A stretch of DNA of 24,264 nucleotides from a virus (IMGVR_UViG_3300017759_000079:1-24264), one strand, 5' to 3'; positions 17,601 to 24,072 are shown, counted from the first letter of the stretch. The notes: generated by a model from the letters alone, not told the origin. Program-made: numbers and translations.

Positions 17601-17738
17601 TTATATTTTAAATTTATTTGCAACCTCTCGAATCTCTGCCTTGTCATCCTGATCAAGCCCATCTGTTTTATTCGCATACATCCTTAGAACATAATGAACA
17701 AAGGTGCAATCATTTTCTGTTAGCTTTATATTTCTCAT
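17601..17738 (-). CDS. Hypothetical protein (45 aa)
   Basis: MRNIKLTENDCTFVHYVLRMYANKTDGLDQDDKAEIREVANKFKI; ATGA coupling. Confidence 0.7.
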   Translation of the reverse strand: MRNIKLTENDCTFVHYVLRMYANKTDGLDQDDKAEIREVANKFKI

Positions 17739-17914
17739 TTGATTAGATTTAAGCATAACTCTTTAGCAACATAGTTGATATGCTTTTGAGTAGTCATTGA
17801 CCAATAGCCGAGTTGGTTTAAATTATCTCCATCAATAGTAGCAACGTGTGTTGAGTAACTCCAAACCTGATTCCCTTGTATTCTTAAATTCTGTTTGTAT
17901 CTTTTAAGTGTCAT
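17735..17914 (-). CDS. Small conserved-looking phage protein (59 aa) with SYxTxVA...WSxTTxKH motif
   Basis: MTLKRYKQNLRIQGNQVWSYSTHVATIDGDNLNQLGYWSMTTQKHINYVAKELCLNLIK. Confidence 0.75.
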   Translation of the reverse strand: MTLKRYKQNLRIQGNQVWSYSTHVATIDGDNLNQLGYWSMTTQKHINYVAKELCLNLIK

Positions 17915-17921
17915 TTTATTT

Positions 17922-18077
17922 TTATTTTAAGTTAATTAAGTGAAATTCCTGACCATTGTCAAAAAGCATCATTCCATTTCTGATTGCTACAACTTTGACC
18001 ATCTCTGTGATTTTTTTTCCGAATGGAGTTTCTCTCTGTAATTTGAACTGATCTCCGATTTTTACTTTTGTATTCAT
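17922..18077 (-). CDS. Hypothetical protein (51 aa), possibly an SH3-like barrel
   Basis: MNTKVKIGDQFKLQRETPFGKKITEMVKVVAIRNGMMLFDNGQEFHLINLK; first gene after an early promoter. Confidence 0.7.
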   Translation of the reverse strand: MNTKVKIGDQFKLQRETPFGKKITEMVKVVAIRNGMMLFDNGQEFHLINLK

Positions 18078-18094
18078 GTCTATTTTGTTATCAA

Positions 18095-18140
18095 TTATAG
18101 TACAAAGATATCAAATAATTTTAATAACACAAGCTTTTTT
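18095..18140. repeat. 46-bp direct repeat, copy 1 (copy 2 at 23566-23611)
   Basis: 42 of 46 positions identical by manual alignment; contains the early promoter and operator. Confidence 0.9.
18103..18132 (-). promoter_or_regulatory. Bacteroidota primary-sigma (early) promoter
   Basis: TTG-N19-TATCTTTG matches the -33 (T)TTG / -7 TAnnTTTG consensus. Confidence 0.85.
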
Positions 18141-18150
18141 GTATTTTTTT

Positions 18151-18429
18151 TTAGTAATTATATACGACTCTGCTATTTGCTAAAGTTTGAATCACTTGCT
18201 CCATGTTACCTTTTATCCTACCACACAAAGGCACACATTCAGAAACGACTTCTGTACCTGCCTTGATCTTCTTGTTTTTGTTTTTGAAGTCCTGATCCAA
18301 AACCTCAACTCTTCTGCCTGTATATCCCATTGTCTCTCTGTCTGCCTCATCCATTTTGATTGAGCCATAAAACTTTCCGTTGAGGTATATATCTTTGTGA
18401 AATCCTATGATGTTAAATTCTGCTTTCAT
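18151..18429 (-). CDS. Hypothetical protein (92 aa)
   Basis: ORF track; ATG follows a hairpin and an A-rich leader. Confidence 0.7.
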   Translation of the reverse strand: MKAEFNIIGFHKDIYLNGKFYGSIKMDEADRETMGYTGRRVEVLDQDFKNKNKKIKAGTEVVSECVPLCGRIKGNMEQVIQTLANSRVVYNY

Positions 18430-18443
18430 GATTTAGATTTTAA

Positions 18444-18461
18444 AGGGGGATTGCTCCCCCT
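18444..18461 (-). other. GC-rich hairpin with GCAA tetraloop (weak terminator or processing/stability element)
   Basis: AGGGGGA-GCAA-TCCCCCT followed by only a short T run. Confidence 0.65.
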
Positions 18462-18468
18462 GTTTTAT

Positions 18469-18699
18469 TTATATTAGTTTAGCGTGTCGTAAGCTACCAA
18501 ATTCATCCCATTTTCTTGCCATTGAAGTTGTGTTTGTAAAAATATCATCTCCCCAATGTACAGGTTCGTGTTCTACTTCAATTCCCTTTGCATGCTTATC
18601 TTCAAAAATACCTGTTACAATTCCTTTAACCATTAAACCTGTAACAATGATTTCAACTTCTTTTCCGATTAGATTTTGATTTACTTCTGATGTTTTCAT
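18469..18699 (-). CDS. Hypothetical protein (76 aa), small beta-barrel-like
   Basis: Start moved to ATG 18699 (MKTSEVNQNLIGKEVEIIV), downstream of the promoter. Confidence 0.7.
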   Translation of the reverse strand: MKTSEVNQNLIGKEVEIIVTGLMVKGIVTGIFEDKHAKGIEVEHEPVHWGDDIFTNTTSMARKWDEFGSLRHAKLI

Positions 18700-18724
18700 T
18701 TTATTTTGTTTTATTATTATGATA

Positions 18725-18755
18725 CAAATATAAAACACATAATTGAGTTATCAAA
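18725..18755 (-). promoter_or_regulatory. Bacteroidota primary-sigma (early) promoter
   Basis: TTTG-N19-TATATTTG, an exact consensus match. Confidence 0.85.
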
Positions 18756-18794
18756 GTTTTTTAATAACTTTTTTATTTTAAGAAGATAATTTGT

Positions 18795-19949
18795 TTATCT
18801 GATAGCGTAAGTACCATAATTAGGTTTGCCCAATTTATTTACAATCGAATATCTCAGGGCATCAAGCGAATGGTTGAAAGCATCAATCGGCTTATTTGTT
18901 AGCTGTCCATTCTTGTCCTCTATGTATTTGTAATTTCTCAACTCCTTAATCATATTAACGCTGTCAGTCGTAACATGCAATCTGTATCTCCTGATCATAT
19001 CGATTCCGATATTGATACTGCCCTTTGCTGTTTTCTTTGCATTGAATCCCATTCTGAATATCTCCTCAATAGATTTCGGCTCTGCTGAGTCGCACCAAAT
19101 CTCATCTCTCCGATCTAATCCCAAACGCTTTAGCTCGTTTCCGATATCCTGATTTGTCATTCCTGTTCTGTATAACAACTCTCTGCAGTACATATCATCC
19201 CCCTCAATGAATGTTTCAACCAAAGCTGTGCTGTCATTTGAGAAACCAAAATCCAAACCTCTGCCAATTAATTTTGCAGATTCAGGTATGCTGTCTATTG
19301 TTTGAAATTTAAAAACAAGTGAGCGACTTGCTCCCCTCTCTCCCAAACCATAAACCCTCCAATAGTTATCGTCAATGTCTTTTAGCCTTTCAATCTCATT
19401 GACAAGCGATTGCTCTAAAAATGGATTGTCTTTGTATGTTGTTTGATAAAACTCAACATCCTCTCTTGTTAGCACCTTGTCATAAATCCAATGGTATTCG
19501 TCTGATGGATTGTAGTCAATTATTATTTGCTCAGTTGTTCTAAACAATAATTGTTGCCAATCTTCAAAGTATAATTCGTTACACTCATTGACAAAAAGCA
19601 ACTCCCTTTTGCGACCTCTAATTTTAGTCGGTTGATCCAATGAAATAAATTCAAATCTATTGCCATTTAAAAAATACTCGTGTGTAGATTTTCTGTGATA
19701 CTCTTCTCTGTATAAATTGTATGACCTTAGAATCTCAAAGAAATCTCGCATCACAGTTGAACGAACTGCAGGAAATGTCTTGCGAACTATTGTGATTGTT
19801 TTCTTTTTGTTGTTTACTGAATAAGAAAAAATTAACCAAAGCAGGATGTTGTATGTCTTGCCTGATCTTGTACCCCCCTGTTCAACTATTATTTTTTTTG
19901 TTGCCCTTTGGAGATGCTTGTAAACTTTATTGGTCTGTATCTCCCTCAT
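18795..19949 (-). CDS. terL: Terminase large subunit, PBSX/SPP1-like (Terminase_3)
   Basis: Walker A GGTRSGKT, Walker B LLFVNE, DYNP, TYKDNPFL, nuclease GLDFGF..D, DSAEP and NHSLDALRY. Confidence 0.96.
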   Translation of the reverse strand: MREIQTNKVYKHLQRATKKIIVEQGGTRSGKTYNILLWLIFSYSVNNKKKTITIVRKTFPAVRSTVMRDFFEILRSYNLYREEYHRKSTHEYFLNGNRFEFISLDQPTKIRGRKRELLFVNECNELYFEDWQQLLFRTTEQIIIDYNPSDEYHWIYDKVLTREDVEFYQTTYKDNPFLEQSLVNEIERLKDIDDNYWRVYGLGERGASRSLVFKFQTIDSIPESAKLIGRGLDFGFSNDSTALVETFIEGDDMYCRELLYRTGMTNQDIGNELKRLGLDRRDEIWCDSAEPKSIEEIFRMGFNAKKTAKGSINIGIDMIRRYRLHVTTDSVNMIKELRNYKYIEDKNGQLTNKPIDAFNHSLDALRYSIVNKLGKPNYGTYAIR

Positions 19950-20280
19950 CAATTACTTTGACATGAAATAAATTGTCTCCATCTGCTCCTGTTATCTCTT
20001 GCCTTTCAATATATCCTCTTGACTTTCCTTTTGTCTTTAAATAGAATATTGTAGCAGAAGTACTGCCCTCTCCAATTTGTTTATGTAACTGACTCTCTGC
20101 ATAGTCCAATGCTATATTTTGAATGTCATCAACCTGATTTCTGAACTCCTCATCCTCTTTCATCCATTCATAAAAAGTAGTCCTGCCGATTCCAACTTTT
20201 TTGCATGCTGTTGTTACGACTCCTAAAGATTTTTCCAATGCCTCAAGTATTGCTTTTTTATGGTGTTCGGTTTTGTTCAT
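19927..20280 (-). CDS. terS: Terminase small subunit (HTH)
   Basis: N-terminal HTH (LGVVTTACKKVGIGRTTFYEW), ATIFYLKTKGKSRGY and EITGADG; overlaps terL. Confidence 0.85.
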   Translation of the reverse strand: MNKTEHHKKAILEALEKSLGVVTTACKKVGIGRTTFYEWMKEDEEFRNQVDDIQNIALDYAESQLHKQIGEGSTSATIFYLKTKGKSRGYIERQEITGADGDNLFHVKVIDEGDTDQ

Positions 20281-21000
20281 TTACAGGTTAAGTTTAATTG
20301 TGAACTCATTTGCTTTTCTCTTTACTTGTGAGATCATTGATGGGTATAATTTTATTAAATCCTTTATTGCTTTTTTTTCGATTTCAATTGTTCTATAGTC
20401 TTTGCATCCTCCATCTTTTCCCCAATGATCATTCTCCCAATGTAGATAACGGATTCCCAAAATCCCTCCCTTATCTCTAATGTGTCGTAAGCAGATTTCG
20501 TAATCTTCTTTGACTACAAAATTTTCGTCAAAATAGTATTCTCCATCATTTATCATTCCCATTAGTGACGCTGTTACATAGGTTCTTGTGAGTATAGGTT
20601 TGTAAGGGTAACTGCCTCGTGGACTGCTCTCTGTTCTTGTACCCCATATTTTAAAACCCATCTGCTCTGTGAGATCAAAGTATTTTAAAAACTCCTCTGC
20701 CCAAAATCCCTCATCTCTGACCTCAATTTTTTTTGTTTTTCTCTCATCTAAAAAATTATAGCCAACGTGTTTTGCATCATCATCTAACATCACAACGTAT
20801 TGCTCATCTGTATTTTTAAGAATCCAATTTCTTGTCGGTGTAATTCCCCTGACCTCTTTCGGCACACAAACTATGTTTTTCACTAATCCCTTGTATTGGT
20901 GGTACTCACTTTCAGGAATAAAAAACGTACATATATTAGGCAGGATTTTATTTGTACTTGTTAGCCCTGCTCTCCCTTTACTTGGTACTGCTATTAACAT
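20281..21000 (-). CDS. GT-A glycosyltransferase of the TET/JBP-associated (TAGT/GREB1-like) family
   Basis: IAVPSKGR, GI..TRNWIL, VMLDDD (DxD), KEDYE.CL and GGC...R motifs. Confidence 0.8.
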   Translation of the reverse strand: MLIAVPSKGRAGLTSTNKILPNICTFFIPESEYHQYKGLVKNIVCVPKEVRGITPTRNWILKNTDEQYVVMLDDDAKHVGYNFLDERKTKKIEVRDEGFWAEEFLKYFDLTEQMGFKIWGTRTESSPRGSYPYKPILTRTYVTASLMGMINDGEYYFDENFVVKEDYEICLRHIRDKGGILGIRYLHWENDHWGKDGGCKDYRTIEIEKKAIKDLIKLYPSMISQVKRKANEFTIKLNL

Positions 21001-21604
21001 CTAATCTCTTTTTAAAATCATCCCACCATAAAACACGCTCCAAACTAACTGCATCAAAGGCACTCCCTTTTTTATATCCTCCTCGTCTGACCATCTTTAA
21101 CTGCAACATCTCTTTCAACTCCTCCCAATCAACGCTGTTGGGTTCTGCCATTATCAAAATGTATTCTTTCGGTGGCTCTAATTGAACGGACTGAGGCAAC
21201 TCAATTTCATCCTCATCCTCCATTTTATCGATCTGATCATCAATTGGTAAATCCAATCCCCAATCCTCCAACAAATTTGCATCCCAATCATTTGCGAGTA
21301 TATCCCAATCCCATTCTCCGAAACCGACATTGTCTTTTATCACAAACTCTCTCTCCTGCTCTTCTGTCAGTTCATCTGCTTGAATTATGTAAACCTCTTT
21401 CAATCCTGCCTGCACACTTGCTTTGTATCGCATATTGCCTCCCAAAATTACATTGTCTTTGTTCACAACAATGGGTCGTATCTTTAACATCTCAGGAAAC
21501 TGCTTGATGCTATCAACGAGCTTTCCGAACTTAAAATCCTTGATCAAACGTGGATTGTCGACATTTGATGTAATAGAATTTATTTTGACTTTTTTAATGT
21601 TCAT
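20978..21604 (-). CDS. ParB/Srx-like N-terminal domain protein with a short unknown C-terminal domain (208 aa)
   Basis: NPR.I...F.KLVDSIKQFPEML..RPIVV, ILGGNMRYKA and FVIKDN..FGEWDWD.L. Confidence 0.88.
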   Translation of the reverse strand: MNIKKVKINSITSNVDNPRLIKDFKFGKLVDSIKQFPEMLKIRPIVVNKDNVILGGNMRYKASVQAGLKEVYIIQADELTEEQEREFVIKDNVGFGEWDWDILANDWDANLLEDWGLDLPIDDQIDKMEDEDEIELPQSVQLEPPKEYILIMAEPNSVDWEELKEMLQLKMVRRGGYKKGSAFDAVSLERVLWWDDFKKRLDVNSSTK

Positions 21605-21608
21605 ATTA

Positions 21609-21635
21609 GTATAACGCTTTTTTTATTTTATTTTA
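21609..21635 (-). promoter_or_regulatory. Putative late promoter (T)AA-N16-CGTTATAC (ParB-GT-terminase operon)
   Basis: GATAA AATAAAATAAAAAAAG CGTTATAC TAAT ATG; the upstream element has TAA rather than CAA. Confidence 0.65.
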
Positions 21636-22060
21636 TCGACATGACCTGCCAATTCTGCCTCTCTGACTTCTCTGTAATTTTCTGCTACAATATCGTGCAC
21701 CTCATCAACCACACTTGTACTGCAATTCTCAATGACTGACTTGATGAATAAAGGCTTGTTTGTAGGGTTATCATTTATATAGAGAACATGATTGATTTTT
21801 TTATCTAACTCTTGATTGTAAAAGCTATATACATCAAAGCTATTGATGCTGTGGAGAATCGATGCATGGTTTGGTTTCCATCCTCCTAACTCAAAAACAA
21901 CCTTTTGTATTTTAGCGTAAGTACAATGATCGTAAGTTCTGAGATAGTAATAAAAAGCAGCCCTTGCTTCAACGTACTCTCTTTTCCTTGTTTGTTTCAG
22001 AAAATCAAGTCCATTGAACTGCTCTGTAAATTGATCTCTTAGTATTTCGTATTTTCTCAT
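21623..22060 (-). CDS. DnaA domain IV (Bac_DnaA_C)-like HTH DNA-binding protein (145 aa)
   Basis: TRKREYVEARAAFYYYLR...NHASILHSI resembles the DnaA R.R....ARQ..MYL.R...DHTTV.H pattern; no AAA+ domain. Confidence 0.75.
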   Translation of the reverse strand: MRKYEILRDQFTEQFNGLDFLKQTRKREYVEARAAFYYYLRTYDHCTYAKIQKVVFELGGWKPNHASILHSINSFDVYSFYNQELDKKINHVLYINDNPTNKPLFIKSVIENCSTSVVDEVHDIVAENYREVREAELAGHVDKIK

Positions 22061-22833
22061 AGTATTCCTTTAATTATATAATCATCCAATTGTGGTTCTT
22101 TGTCTTTAAAGAAATCTTTATAAATCTGAATGCCATATTGCACCTTGTCCTCTCCCTGTAAATAAAAACTCTCAGAGATTTCAAAAACTCCAATGTCCAA
22201 CGATCCTTTGTCAATGACTAAAAATTTAAAATTCTCAAAAGGTATATTGAACAAATTGCAATATAAGTAAACTTGTATGTCATAACCATATTTTTTTGCT
22301 GAATAAGAAAAACCTTTTATATCGCTACAAGTCTTAATGTCGCAGATTCTGTTCTCTCCCAATATATCTGCCTTACCCCTGAAAGGCATTCCCATTACCT
22401 CTCCAATCGCAGGCACCTCAAACTCACTGTAGCTAATCAATTTATGAGCCGCCTCATTTTTCAACAAAGCATCGGCAAGCTTTTCTGCTGTTTCCCTCTC
22501 TGTCTTAGTATATACGAGTCCGAACTCTTCAACAGCCTCCTTGTACTTCTTTGTGTTTTTGCTTGCAACATCAACAAAATTTAGCTTGTCGAATTTCTGA
22601 GGTTCTAAGATCAATGTATGCAACAAAGCACCATCCCTCAACCCCTGACTTTCGCCTTGACCATATTTTTGTATATAATGATATTTTTTTGGACTATCAA
22701 CAAGTAGTTTCAAACTACTACTGCTCAATGCTAATTGATTTAACTCTCCATAGTAGAAAACATCATCCTCCATCTTTTTAAGCAGAGGTTTGACCTCATG
22801 CTCTTCTCCATCTAAAAGCTTGATCCTATCCAT
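22057..22833 (-). CDS. PD-(D/E)xK exonuclease VIII/RecE-like protein (DUF3799), 258 aa
   Basis: LSSSSLK, G.LLHTLILEP, FE...FRGKAD...DIKT and YGYDIQVYLY. Start moved to ATG 22833. Confidence 0.87.
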   Translation of the reverse strand: MDRIKLLDGEEHEVKPLLKKMEDDVFYYGELNQLALSSSSLKLLVDSPKKYHYIQKYGQGESQGLRDGALLHTLILEPQKFDKLNFVDVASKNTKKYKEAVEEFGLVYTKTERETAEKLADALLKNEAAHKLISYSEFEVPAIGEVMGMPFRGKADILGENRICDIKTCSDIKGFSYSAKKYGYDIQVYLYCNLFNIPFENFKFLVIDKGSLDIGVFEISESFYLQGEDKVQYGIQIYKDFFKDKEPQLDDYIIKGIL

Positions 22834-22975
22834 TGAAGTATTTTTTGCTGACTCTTTTCCACCAATACGAAAATGCATAAAGCTGTGAAAACTCTTTCTC
22901 TGTGTATATTTCAACTTTGTTATTTGTTATAACCGAATAAACCCCACTCGGTAATTGTTTTATTATTTGATTCAT
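22826..22975 (-). CDS. Hypothetical protein (49 aa)
   Basis: MNQIIKQLPSGVYSVITNNKVEIYTEKEFSQLYAFSYWWKRVSKKYFNG; overlaps the exonuclease start. Confidence 0.65.
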   Translation of the reverse strand: MNQIIKQLPSGVYSVITNNKVEIYTEKEFSQLYAFSYWWKRVSKKYFNG

Positions 22976-22981
22976 TTTAAG

Positions 22982-23062
22982 TTATTTAGTTATTAATATA
23001 TATAATATGCAAATTGCAATTCCTATTAAAGCTAAGTAAGTGAATTGATATTTTGATCTCAT
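22982..23062 (-). CDS. Single-TM micropeptide (26 aa)
   Basis: MRSKYQFTYLALIGIAICILYILITK; ATGA coupling to the upstream Zn-finger ORF. Confidence 0.55.
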   Translation of the reverse strand: MRSKYQFTYLALIGIAICILYILITK

Positions 23063-23184
23063 AACATGTCTGCTTCAAAACAAATACCACTACAAAATTG
23101 CCCTAATTTCTGAACTTCTCTCCCACACATTGGGCAAGTATGCTCAGGTTCTTCGTTATATTTTAACCAATCGCTGTACTCCAT
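23059..23184 (-). CDS. Small treble-clef/FCS-type Zn finger protein (41 aa)
   Basis: MEYSDWLKYNEEPEHTCPMCGREVQKLGQFCSGICFEADML contains CxxC...FCSxxC. Confidence 0.72.
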   Translation of the reverse strand: MEYSDWLKYNEEPEHTCPMCGREVQKLGQFCSGICFEADML

Positions 23185-23186
23185 CT

Positions 23187-23378
23187 TTATTGCTTTTCTA
23201 ACAGTTCATAAAGTGAAGAGTCATATCTATTGCCACCCCCTAATGCCTGATCCAAGCCATACGCTCCGTATGCTTTAAAGTGATCCCAATCGCTCGTACC
23301 TCTTATTGTATCCTCGATTAAAGCTTTTGCCTCTTCAATCATTTCTATTGCCTCTTGTATGTTTTCGTATTTATTCAT
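23187..23378 (-). CDS. Hypothetical acidic protein (63 aa)
   Basis: ORF track; AAAAGACAATAAAAATG start context. Confidence 0.7.
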   Translation of the reverse strand: MNKYENIQEAIEMIEEAKALIEDTIRGTSDWDHFKAYGAYGLDQALGGGNRYDSSLYELLEKQ

Positions 23379-23394
23379 TTTTATTGTCTTTTAA

Positions 23395-23544
23395 TTATTC
23401 TGCAAAATATGTTCCATCTGTTTTAACGTAGAAAGCTTGACTCCCCTTTTCGACTAAAACCAAGTCGCCTGTAGCGTGAACATATTCAAAACCTTTGTTT
23501 TCTAATCTTGTTACTGTACTTTGTTGTTGTGATGTCATTACCAT
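23395..23544 (-). CDS. Hypothetical protein (49 aa)
   Basis: MVMTSQQQSTVTRLENKGFEYVHATGDLVLVEKGSQAFYVKTDGTYFAE; first gene after an early promoter. Confidence 0.68.
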   Translation of the reverse strand: MVMTSQQQSTVTRLENKGFEYVHATGDLVLVEKGSQAFYVKTDGTYFAE

Positions 23545-23565
23545 TTTATTGTCTTTTAGAATTAT

Positions 23566-23611
23566 TTATAGTACAAAGATATTAAACTTTTTTAATAACA
23601 CAAGCTTTTTT
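23566..23611. repeat. 46-bp direct repeat, copy 2
   Basis: 42/46 identical to 18095-18140. Confidence 0.9.
23574..23603 (-). promoter_or_regulatory. Bacteroidota primary-sigma (early) promoter
   Basis: TTG-N19-TATCTTTG. Confidence 0.85.
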
Positions 23612-23615
23612 TTGT

Positions 23616-23918
23616 TTATCTTACAAATTGCTCATATTTTTTTACAATAATTTTTAAATCTTCATTCTCTTTTTCTGCTTTTCTTGCTCTCAAAATAGCT
23701 CTGTTTTTTTCCAACCTGAACTCACTCATTGATCGGTTATACATTTTTCTGTCTGTTTGCAAATTGCTAACGTAAAAAGCAATCTCTGTAATTGCCCTTG
23801 ACATTTGTTCCAATTTGTCTGTCTTCTTTTTTTTAAGAGCAGACAAGACAAGAGCACCAAGCAACTCCATGTTGCCAAAGTACTCCATGTCTTTTAAGTT
23901 CTCAATTTTAGGATTCAT
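23616..23918 (-). CDS. Hypothetical helical/coiled-coil protein (100 aa)
   Basis: Start moved to ATG 23918 (MNPKIENLKDMEYF); C-terminal KNRAILRARKAE coiled coil. Confidence 0.72.
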   Translation of the reverse strand: MNPKIENLKDMEYFGNMELLGALVLSALKKKKTDKLEQMSRAITEIAFYVSNLQTDRKMYNRSMSEFRLEKNRAILRARKAEKENEDLKIIVKKYEQFVR

Positions 23919-24072
23919 TTGAAATCTCCTCAATCATGATCTCTTGCTTTTCTAACTCTTGCACCAAAACATCAAAAAGATATTCTGCTGCATCAAGTTT
24001 TTCTTTGTAGAAATCAATATCAAACTTTGTGTCTTTGATCTTTGTTTTTAAAATTTCGATTTTTGCTTTCAT
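23908..24072 (-). CDS. Hypothetical coiled-coil protein (54 aa)
   Basis: MKAKIEILKTKIKDTKFDIDFYKEKLDAAEYLFDVLVQELEKQEIMIEEISNES. Confidence 0.68.
   Translation of the reverse strand: MKAKIEILKTKIKDTKFDIDFYKEKLDAAEYLFDVLVQELEKQEIMIEEISNES

Noticed and set aside
21623-22060. Calling this gene dnaA, or the ParB-like gene a parABS partition system
   Set aside because: No AAA+ domain, no parA and no parS array; the context is packaging.
838-22781. All plus-strand ORFs and nested minus ORFs (838..1044, 5064..5279, 14658..14969)
   Set aside because: They overlap or lie within well-supported minus-strand genes, have antisense-like composition and show no motifs.
22932-22952. Inverted repeat ACCGAGT...ATTCGGT and nearby GGTTATAAC resembling the late -10
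   Set aside because: Lies inside the 22826-22975 ORF, has no U-tract, and lacks the CGTTA core.
8558-23933. Longest-ORF starts at 9202, 18738, 19952, 22914 and 23933 (also 1171 and 1362)
   Set aside because: They run into promoters or neighbouring genes or use weak start codons; downstream ATGs fit better.
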